From Phoronis australis (taxonomy: Eukaryota; Animalia; Phoronida): 64,000 bases of DNA. The stretch spans positions 434,001-498,000 of the forward strand of contig NMRA01000233.1 of assembly GCA_002633005.1 (NCBI GenBank). The letters are read 5' to 3'. Under the pieces are notes generated by a model. That model worked only from the letters and a program-made list of their open reading frames with translations. It ran no database searches and was not told the origin of the DNA. Within the stretch, counting starts at the first letter, position 1; each line of letters starts with the position of its first letter. Of this stretch, positions 41,701 to 53,700 are shown in pieces. The position numbers and the translations under genes were made by a program.

Positions 41701-44700
41701 TTTGAGACAGTTACTAACAATGGTTTAGAGAACATTGCACAAAGCAGAACATTTGATATAAATCTAATCAGTCCCAAGTTGGTCATATTTGGACATTTAC
41801 CTAGGGTCCTACATACTGTACCTTCAACAGGTCAAAAAGGAAGAAAAGATATAAGCACACATGAGAACAGGTAATCCCTTCTGTCCTGACAGATCATAAC
41901 AATAAACGACAAAAAATTTTGCAGATTGGAAGTTTTTTTGTTACATTTCCTTGATTACGAAGAACATATAATATCAATTTTCTTTGAAAAAGTCTTCTGT
42001 GTCACAAACACGCACTTCACCACGGCTGAATTGCAAAAAGAATGAAACCCAAAATGACAGCGCAAATAATACACAACGCAGCTGGTTATAGTCTTCAACA
42101 TAAATGCTCGTTCATTTAGATTTTAAGTGGATAGCAGTGAATAGAAGATAACTTCTTACTAAATAATCAACTTTCTGTAATGGTAGACTGAACTGATTCA
42201 GGATTCGCAATGTGAGGCGTCTTATCTGAAAATACAGAGAAGTCATCGTTTCAAAAACAAGTATCATTTAAAAGGGTCCACCATAATTTATACTACAGGG
42301 GCATGCTTCATCAAAGACGACATATTGCTAAAGCCTGATAATTATGTCTCATGCACCCTCCACACAGCCATTTCAAAAAGAAAAAATTAATATGACATCC
42401 ACGAAGTATGAAATTTCAGAGAATGTACCCATAACCTACTGCCATGAAATTGGTCTCAAATTGGTCCATAGTCAAACTGGAGGTGATTTCAGAGCTTCAA
42501 AAGAAATGAAAATTTACTTTTGCTCTATAGTAAGCTCTACGACTTTATCACTGAGCAAGGTCTCAACAAATAACCAACTGTCATTGCTCGATAGTAAGCT
42601 CTACAACTTTAACACTGAGCAAGGTCTCAACAAATAACCAACTGTCAGTTCCTAACAAACCCCTGACATCACCTCTCATTTGAGTAAGAAACAAGTCAAC
42701 ACCTATTTCATAATGGCAACTGGTCTAAATCAAAAGTTTGTTTCTTGGAAAGAAAACAGGTTAGTAGCCACTTTAAGTAGAGTCACTTTAAACTATGGCA
42801 ATCAACACTAAAACCATCCATTAAAAATTCTGCATTATTCAACACAAAATACTATTTTTAACAGAAATTCTGGATGTTACTTCTTAATGCATTATAAACT
42901 GTATTAACAACATTTTATTATTTTTTCTCTAAGTGCATACCAAACTAGAAGGTGAAGAAACATTGCACTGCAAATGTGGGAAGAGAGACTCGAGTACATC
43001 TGGGGTAAGAGCGTCTGACCGGCCTGACAAAGAGGCACTCGTAAAATAGACATCGGCCGAGAACAGGACATCGACATTCTCGGGGAAGCTCCTGGAACAA
43101 AAACTGGATACTGATTCTTATTGTTGAGTACTCATGTCAGTGAGCTTCTCTAGGGGATGTTAGACAATTGGAGTGACCCTCCAACTGAAAACTCTCATAC
43201 TTTCATATTTTTCCATCTTGGCAACATCAATTACAGTTTTTTAAAATCTCGTAAGTACTGGACTACAAGAGGCTTTGAAACAAGTACAAACAGGTGATAA
43301 ACATTGACTGGTGCAGAAGGAGTTCACAAACATGGTATAAATACGATAGGTATCTCAAAGATTTTTGAGAGAACTGTTTCAGAACAGTTAAGGATTATCA
43401 GAAAGGACCGTCTTCTACCTGACGAGACTCTTTATCAAGTCGAGCGGTATACATCTGAAGAACTCATCATACGACGTCATCAACTTGAGACAAATCACTG
43501 ACTGTCTAACCAACACCAACAAGGATTCTGTAAAAGACAAAAGCTTTAATTTAACATTGTGAAATTTAAACACATCACTGACAACACAAGCCAGGTGTGG
43601 AAAGTTTATTTTCATGACACATAAATATCAATAAGACAATTTACAAGACATTTAAATTCAAATACACATTATACTGAGGTAACCTCTGGCGTACAGTAAA
43701 TTATAATGGATTATAAAAAGTCAATTTACGTATGCGAGGGACCCAGGGTGCTCTTTCGGAGAGGTCCATTTTCCCAAAAAAGTGATTTTTCATTCAAAAG
43801 GCTCGTAGGAACTTTTCCGAAAAAGTGAAGGGACTCTTTCAGAAACTTGAATTGAAGTCATCTGCAGAAAAGTTCATCTGCAACTACACAAGAGCGCGTA
43901 TATGACAAAAAACTTCCGTCAATACACTCATGATGTGTATTTGGACAAAAAGTTCAGTTCAGTGAATGTAAAGTTTCCCAGCTTCAAGGAAAATGAACTT
44001 CAAAACTTATCATTTTTAATCACAAAGAATCCGGCTCCTTCTTAGAAGGGGTTGATTTGGACATTCTTGGTTCACAAGTGGTAATGCCGTTTAACTGTGT
44101 GGCAAAATCTGACACTAACTTTAGATGAAAATCTTTGCCAAATATCATCTTGCTTCATTATCAAGGGTTTCAAATGTTGTTCTGAATATTCACATTGTCT
44201 GATGGTAACTCCAGTACAGAACTTTAAAATCATGAAACATTTGTTGGTGCTACTCAATACGAATACAAGCAATAAAATTTCTCGAATTTGAGAAAAAGAT
44301 AACTTGAAGTAGATAGATACAGAAATCCAGAGTGACATGGTTCATGTACTTTACACTAATTGTGATTCCACCTTCAGAGCTGAGCTATTTGTACTACACC
44401 TTTTAACAAATGTTATCGACATCGCTTTCCATTGAACATTTGGCAAAATTTCAAAGCAAAAACTTCCAACTATTTTCAAATGATGTAAACAAAACAGTAT
44501 TATTTTTATCATATCTCAGTTTTCACTAATACCTTCGATGAAGCGACACGAATTTCGTCAAAATTCATCAATTTTTATCAAAATTTCTGAATGTAAAATC
44601 ACATCACTGACCACAAGGGGGCGAAGTCTCTGCACAGTGCTTCACTAATGCAGTCAACAGTGATCGGAGGTCAGACACCACAGCTTCCTGGTCCACCGGT

Positions 44701-47700
44701 TGAATGTTGGGCAGGCAGACGAGCACACCCCACACTGTGGAGATGGCCCTCTCAGAGTCCAGGTCCTCAGGGCGGGTCTGTACTTTACCGGTTACATACG
44801 AGGGAAATGTGTGTTTGTACGAGCGACTGGAAGGAAGCAATAACAGTATTTGAAACAAAAACATAAACTGTTAACTAAAGTTAGTAGCTGGGTATTTTAC
44901 AAAAAGAAATTTGAACTCAAAGTGAATGAAGAGTATGGAGTGGTTTATTAAGCCAAAAATTATGCTAGTGGACACTTTTCCAAACACAGCATAACCAGAG
45001 AATTCAAGAAAAGATAACATGCCTTCTTTCATGACTCATTTTTGTGAGGATTGCAAATTAAATTAAATCCAAACATTCAAAACTCACCGTTGAGTGAAAT
45101 GGATGTCCCCTGGTAATAGGTATATTACCTAAACTTCTCTTTAAAAATAAACACAGGGACACAACGTAATCTCTGGCTAGTTTAATTTGACAAAAAAAAA
45201 ACAATCACACGCATGGCCCTGGACCACATCTGCATGAGTGCATAAGTTTATGTAAATGATATTTTAACAATTCGCAACTGGAATATTTACATAAAAAGTG
45301 TACAATGCTAAACAAATTAATAAGGGCGAAGTATTTTGCTAGGAAGTAAAACTGCGTTCTATGGTTTATCTGAAAACCTTAGTGTACTTACACACCACGT
45401 TGGGAATCGCAATTACTATGAAACCACAAATTTCAAAGTTGCACCACAAATTAATGCAGTTGTACAGATTTAGACGAACAGGAACCGACGGGCAATGATT
45501 ATTTTATGATATGCTGTAGGAATATGCACAAGTCCCGCTCGGCAATCGCACAACAAGGAAATAAACGACTGGACTTAATGACAGGTCAAACAAGGAGTCA
45601 TTAAGTGCAACTGAAGGTCAACCAATAAAGTAACAACTTAATTGTCTTTACCAGAACACCTGAGAGAGTAGAATTTTTCTCATAGGAAAATACAATGTTT
45701 ACAATAGACACCAACCCCTTGAAAGCCATGCCGAAGTCGAGCTTGTATTTATGCCAAGCTGAAATGTCAGCGGCGTCAGATTCGACTCCTGTCTTGTGCA
45801 GGATGAGATCAGTCATAAAGTAGAGAACCTCTTCCATGGTCTGCGGTTTGTTCTTCAAACATACCTCATGACAGTAGTTGAGCAAGGGAGGAAGAAGACA
45901 CTGGAAGACAAAGGAGAAGACAGCTAATTGAATCTCAAACTTGTCTATTCCATCGTGATCTTGCTGATCTTTGACCTACCATATGGCCTTGAATGTGTGC
46001 GTCTATTTCACCCCGAACAAAAATGTTTCCCTATTGTATAAATGGTACTTAACTGATATTGTGTTGAGCACAGTTGCACTCCAAGACATTGAAATTAAAT
46101 GATTAGATATCAAAAAGCTTACCGCTTCAAAACTAACAACAGCGAACACTTTGCGGAAGAATCCTAGAAGGCAGCTGCACGATGCGGTTGTTTTGAACAA
46201 GCTTGCCACAAATGTGGATATCTGATCACTGGTGAGGCGATAGTGCGGTGATGACAACATGGCTGCCACCACGTCAAGGGTGACGGTGATGCAAGACTCT
46301 GGGAGACCCTTAGTTCTCAACAGATCATTCACGGCCTGCAATAATAGGAGACACATGCTCATCAGATTAAATAACAGTGTATCAAAAAAATGAAACTAGT
46401 TCAAAGCCATACGTTTCTCCCAAGCATCATGTCGTTGATTTCCAAAAAATTAAGGCATTATACATTAAATTATTCTGACTGGTTAATGGAGTTATCATCA
46501 ACGTATGCACTCCGGTAGTTTCAGAAACACAGACACTACATGTTTGGCTGCAGTGATAAAGGTATCTCTTATTGAACCCAGCTCTTACTAATAAAAACCT
46601 GCAGTATATTCACTGGGCTAAACAATTCAGCTTAATCCATACACAAGATAATGATACTGGATTTTCCGTTGATCTTGTAAAATTGATGATACAGCAACAC
46701 AATTTAGGTCACACAATCATCAGTGAAAGGCTCTCTATAACCTACCTCAGCCAGGCTACTTGGAGATTTCACCAGTGACCCACTGCCATGAGACACCCAA
46801 ATAAGCAGCAATTTCAATTGGTGACCCAACCATGCATCTGCTAGCGCCCTCTGTTGCTTTTTGATGCCGGAAACAACTGAGGACACTTTCTTTGTCTGTT
46901 CCTGAAAATGTTGAAAGCCCTTAATCAATTAATTTGGGTACACTCCATGTTTGTTCACTTACAGCACACATAGAACATTGTACACAAAAAGCAATAGAGA
47001 CCATTTTCAGGCTATGGAAATGCACAGATAATCTCAGTGGTACACAGATAGTGCCCGTGAAAATTACAAATTACAAGAAAGTCTTGCCACTTTTTAGATC
47101 CCTGAAAAGGGTTTAGTGCAACTTACAAACGCCATTTACTGTCAATGGTCGGGGGAAGAAATCTTTTCAGACTTATGTTCGTTAAGGCATGTAATGTGGC
47201 TAACAGATGGCGTGCAGACTTAAAATGTTTCTGATAACTGTCAATGTACGTCAACACCAGAGCCAATTCTTACATTTCTGCCACTTGATAACTAAAGGTA
47301 TGATGTAGAGGGTACCAATCACCACTAGAGCGTGTTGATCCCCGTCAGAGAACAAGAAGAAAATTCGTGTCAGTTATTTTTCAATTCAAGCATACAAACT
47401 GCAAACCAGATTTAATGTTAGTTGCATTGTAAAAAGCATTAATGAAAGTCTGTGTACACAACCAAAGCAACTTGGGGGATTTCATCTGTATGGCTGCTGT
47501 CGTTTTTCAAATGCATTATGGGATGGTTGTTGGTTCGTAAAATCTGGTGACAGATAACTTGTGGATTACTAAACGATAAGGCTGCGAAAAACACTTTTCG
47601 CTTGAGAGCACCAGAGTTTTAAGCAAAGGGTACTTTGCAACGCGTTTTTTGACACAGTAACTACAATGATACAAGAATTAAACATTGAAGCTAGCCTCAA

Positions 47701-50700
47701 AATGCAATGAAGATTAGCAAATTTTTCACCAAAGATTCTTGAGGCAGGCAACACACGATCACACTGAAGTTAAATCTCACTACCCTAACGCAAATCAGAG
47801 TACACGTCCACAAGTTACCCGTGATGTAACTAGATCTTTATGAGCTGAAAACTATCCCACAATGCATTTGAAAAACGCCAGCGGTGACGCAGATAAACCC
47901 CCAGAATAATCCCGGAGAAATTCATAAATCAAGAGGTGGGCATCAAGCTAGTGCAACGGATGAGGAGGCAGTGTGGCCTGGTTGATAAGTGCCCGCTTTC
48001 TTTACTCGAGGTCGTGGGTTCAAGTCCCACCAGGTCACACTGCTAAACCCTTGAGCCAGGTTTCTAGCTCCTCAACTCGGTTTTAACCATATATTAATAA
48101 AGCATAAAAATAGTTCCAGGTGATCAGTGCAATGGGCCCACATGCGAGGCCTGCGCACGTCTGGTACAACGTGTATCAGACCGCCTGCAATTGTTTGTTG
48201 TTTTTTTGTTTTTAGTGCAACAGATACACAAACTATCAAAAGTAAAGAACGACGTTGAAAATAATGGTTCGGCTATGTAAGAAATCCGAAAGAAGTTTTT
48301 ATTAAGACTACGTAGATCCTTATAGAAAAGTGTGTATTAAACCAAATATCTGGAAAAACTACATTAGATAGTACAATTATAACTATTATTTTTTTGAAAT
48401 TAGAAAGCCTGTAGAATTTAAATCTTGAATTTCTACCAATCCGCCATTAATTAGGTCACATGACTGTATTTTTAATGGAATTTAGCAAAAAAGAAAGGTG
48501 TATTCATAGCCAAACAATGGTATCAGTAACAGGACCAAATGTTATTTTAAAATAAATGTTCAAAACGAAATCTTAAACACAATGTTTCTGTTTTCTGAAT
48601 CAGTTTTCGTTTTATAAAAATCATGAAAGTCCTATTTTTAGCTGCCTCTTATGCACAAATAGAACATTTTAAAAGCAATTCCGTAAAGCACTTTGTAGAA
48701 AAGAACATAAAGCATATATCTGAAAATTTCATTTGAATACAATCAACCATTTCTAAGATAAGATGTTACAAAATTAGTCAAATTTGGACACTTCTCAAGG
48801 GTATTACATGACCTTAACAGACATACCAACAGAACGCTCCACACAACATCGGTATTCTCTCTACTCGTAAACTTGATCATGGATTCAGACATCCTACTCA
48901 GCACAGTGAACACTTGTTCATAGTGCTGACAGTCGCTGCCCTCCACTTCTGATCTTGGATCGAGTTTGCCAAGAAGGATAGGGAGAACTTTCTCAGTGCA
49001 GCTATGGAACTTAGACTTGACCCCACGTAACATCTCAAACAGGAGACGACCAAGACCATGGACTTGCTGAAATGCAAAATTAGCTTACAAAGCATTCTAG
49101 CTAATGAAAAATACCATACATGACAAAGGCAAAATACCATTTCCCAGTCGTGATAGTTAATTCTGTTATAAACAGCCAAATGACAGCAGAATTCTAATTC
49201 CAAAATGGCTTAAACATATTTCTAACTTTCCTATAAATTACTCTTCGTTCTCAGTCATGAGGGAAGACTAATAATAACAACAGTTTATGCCTAGCCGTCA
49301 TGACGGTGACTTCCTCATAACGCGTTTTGATCATGATAGACCGACCTGAAAAACCTCGCCTCATTTTCGGGTCGGTGGAAAATCCTGAGAAAACCACAAA
49401 CCTTTGTTTGGCCGGTAACATGCGATTTCATTCCTATACACATAACCTGATGGCTTTAATATCCATTGCCAGACCAAGCGTAATTGCCATGTTTATTGCC
49501 CCTACAGCCCAAATTGGTAATAAACTATTGAAATCACTGATAAAAGCGTATCAAGTTTATAGTCCTTGTAACCCCTGAGATTCTATCATGCTATTTGGTC
49601 ATTTTGTCTGAATACCTTAGGCACACACTGTATATCAAAAGAACACGCTTGACCACTTGGTACAATGAACACAACACCAAACTGACAACAATGTTAGAGA
49701 AAGTAGGTCACCTGGCGTTTTTTTAATTGTGCATCCAACAAAGTTCAAGAAAGGTAATTATGTTAAAAACAGTATCTTTTTATTATCAGAATCAATGATG
49801 CTGAAACTATTCACCATGAGTTACATTGTGCAACATATACTCGTGATTAATTTTTTTTGTAAATTAAGAATGTGCAACTGTTAAAGCCCCATACAGAACC
49901 AATTTGAAAACTATTGTTTTGGTTTATATTTTGGGGTGGAACCATTTGTTTTGATTTTTTAATAAGGTGATTTAGTGGTCTTAATTACATGTGATAAAAC
50001 AATGGTCCAATTTTAAAGACCCACATGGGCACAAAGCAGTAATGGTTAAATATACGGTGCTCACGTTTTGAAAACCAGTTTTCTCTACTGAATAACAGGT
50101 ATAAAACTGGTTCTCAAAACATGGGCACGTTATATGCGACTATTGCCCACAAAGCTACAATACATGCTTTTCAATCTACCTGGTTGTTATTTTCAAAAGC
50201 TAACTCAAAGAACTTACATCAGGTGATGTCTGCAAGGCTGCAAGCATGAAGTCAAAGAGAGAACTCAAGTCTTTCACCTACAAAGAGAGAATGACTATTG
50301 AAACTGCAACTCATACAATACAAGCACTAACAATAAATTTGTAACCCACATGTAAAGGGAACACAGTTTGCATGTCTAACGACACAAATTTTGTGTAACT
50401 GTCATGTGCAGAATGTGAATGAAATGACACGATTAAATTTATTCTTGTCACAAATTAAATTTAACAGCAGTTTTACCAACAGTTTAACAGCCTTACGAAA
50501 AAGTATAGGTCATCTGTCTTGGCAAAATAGTCTAAACACTTTGATTTAGCGTTCAACATAATGCAACACCAATTTACCTTGCGCATAAGATAAGCAAAGC
50601 TTTCCGCAGCAAAATTTCTCATATATTCCTTGTACTGGTCCCCAAGCAGAGGAGAGAACAGTCTGAAAGAGAGGCAATGAGAAAGATCAAAATTCCAAAC

Positions 50701-53700
50701 TGGATTCAAAAATATTAATGACTTACCTGCAATCCTTCCCGTCAAACAATCACAAACTGAATGTTGTAAAACACTGATTTCGAACTCCGAAATATGGAAG
50801 TTGTCACACTGAAAATATTGCTTGGGACACTGCTTGCTACAAGGCTTAGGCTACTTCAAATAAATCCTTTGTGGATGCAAGTAACGATTTATGTGGTATG
50901 ACACGACAACAAACAGTGCATTTGAAAACACTAAACTCAATTCCCACAAGTTTAATAGATACAAAATTATTGAACAACAAATCTTTTCGAGATTTTGCTG
51001 ACAACAACTTTGACTTTTTGATCAACTTTTGCATTGAACAAGCAATAAACGCACGACAGCCTCAATGTCACAGGGGACAAATACAAATCCTACTTGTAAA
51101 CGTCTTTGATGTCCCTCACTAGGTAGCGCCACAGGAATTTGAAGATGTAAGCCAGACAGAGGAATGCTTGCTCCAGGACGGCGACATCTTGGGTGTAGCT
51201 ATTCAGTAATGATACGATGACCTCGAAGAATTTACCAAAGTGCTTGTAGAAATCTAACTGGAGGTCTCTAGCCAGCTGAACAACGAGGCTGCAAAGATAT
51301 TTTTGATATGTTTAAGAAGGATAGCCCAATGAATGCATACATACATTCCCTCACTTTCACCCTAAAGACTGGGCAAATAGACAAGTAGAGATAATCAGTG
51401 CAACAATGCGCACCTGCCAGAAACCCAAGCCTCAGAATTTATTTCTGTTTAATCCTTATGCATTCTCAAGAGAAATGTTGGCCAAAAATAATTTCCAAAT
51501 ACAACATAATTGTAGTAATTTCAAAATGAGTAATATTGGTAATTCAATTATTCAAGAATACAGAGAAACAAATGGGTAAGGAACCAATGACCGTTGAATT
51601 TTTAGAGTCCTGCTATGAGACACAGGTGGGTTATAAAGAAATAGTCAAGAGGAGATATTATAGTGAGTTTGGAAATAATGTTGATATTCAGGTTCATATC
51701 AAATAACAAGTAATTGTACTGGCCATGCTACATTTTCAAGTGCTCTGACACCATAATGCCAATGCAACAGAGTGAAGGGCAGCGAGACAGACAACATGCG
51801 CCTTCAAACAAAAACAGGGCAGTCGTTCGTAATAGGCCCGTCCTGATATATCACAGTACCAATCTCATTCTAAAGTATTTACCCATAATGCATCACATCT
51901 GTCAGGTACTCTCATACTAAAGTATTTACCCACAATACATCACATCTGTCAAGCACTGTCTGGCTTCCTCACACACAAAGATACTAAGCAATAATCCCAT
52001 AACCTAATTATTGCATAATTCATCATTGTAATGCAGGCAAACTTAATCTGCAATTCTCACACCATGAAGTTGCAGCAAAAAGTCGAATATCAGAGCTGGA
52101 TATGTAATGAATCGTAGTTCTTCCTTGCTAATAAATTCAGGAGTGTCTGATATTTTGAAAAGTAGGTCATAGTTGTGTAATGCATTTTTCTGCCTCTCCG
52201 AAAGAGGAGAGTTCAATCAAGAATGGGCCTCCTGCAGCACGACAGATAAATAATTCCAAGACTGCAGCAGCAACTACTCAGGTAACAAAAACACCCCAAT
52301 AGTCACACTTTTGTATACTTACTCCAGCAGAGGTTGAAGGGCCATACTGTTTTCAACTTTTAAGTGCTTTAGAAGAGCCGACACAATGGACTCCTGAAAA
52401 ACAAAAAACTTTTGTCTACTTGTTCGTGAAATCGTTCCCAAATGGATGAGGGAGGGCACTTCAGAACAAATTTCTGCATCTTATGCGCAGTTCCGGTTTT
52501 AGATTTCAACAATCATCTCACAATTGTTGGTTGACAAGACAACGGAACTGAAAAATCTTTCTCAAGGTAGGCTCATTACAAAATGTCACCAATTTCAGAC
52601 AAAAGCTATTGTCAAAATGCACCTTTTGTCACTTTCAGGTGGGTTAAACATAGTTGTGAATGCCTCAAGTTTTCAAAATATGGTCTGGTAATGGCTGTTG
52701 AACACGAAAACACATTGATTTGGTGCTACATATCTTTACCGAATAAACAAGAACATAAATTTCCCTTGTCCATCACATTGTGTCCTCAACTGGTGAGACA
52801 CCATATTAGAGGATGACCTGCAACAGGGGCACTGTTCTCACTGCCTTCTTTCGAAATGAGAACTTACCTCATGGTACACCAACTGATTTAAGCTTTGAAC
52901 TTGGCCTTGGATTTCTTTTCGAAAATTCCCTAGAAACCAAAGCATTAAAGGAATTATTTCAACATTGAAATGCAAATGACACCAAAGAATGGCCCAGAAT
53001 TTCCGAGATGAGTGCAAACAATAGTAAACAGTCTCATTTTAAAGAGGAACTTGCACACTAATTCCTTATCTCTGCGATTGCTTGGTCAAATTATGCAAAG
53101 TAAGTTGAAAATTGCCAAATGGTTTTAAGAACGAGTTTTGTATAAAAAACGATCCACTGTAAATCACCCGTGTCCAGTAAGCATCGTGTTTGGGAATAAC
53201 ACTGCATGACGCAGGCTATGTGAACCCCCAAGGTACGTCATTGCTGCAAAAGTCACCAATTTGCAGAATTTTTGTTTTCAAATTTACAAGCTTTCAATGA
53301 ATACAACTGCACTTTGTTCAGCGCAGATAATGTTCAAATAGCATTGTCGCTTAGGTCCTGCTCTACATTAACATAGTTGAGAGCATGCAAATACATCTTT
53401 AAGTGAATCAATCTCTCTTCAACGGGGAACCTGGAAGCAGTTATTTGAGCTTTAACAATTGGCAAAGTGTCAACTAATCGAGGACTCATAGATTCATTCC
53501 CTGAGGTTCTGTAAATATATCACGTATCCTTAAATGCCCAGCTAGAGAGCTTAGTAATCTGTCAACTATATAGAATGACCAACTTGAAGTGGTTTCAAAA
53601 ATACACAACAGGCTTTTTAATGATGCATACAGCAAAATCTCCCCAATATGCGACACACAGTATGGCAGACTAGTAAAATCATGTTTTCTCATGTTTTCTC

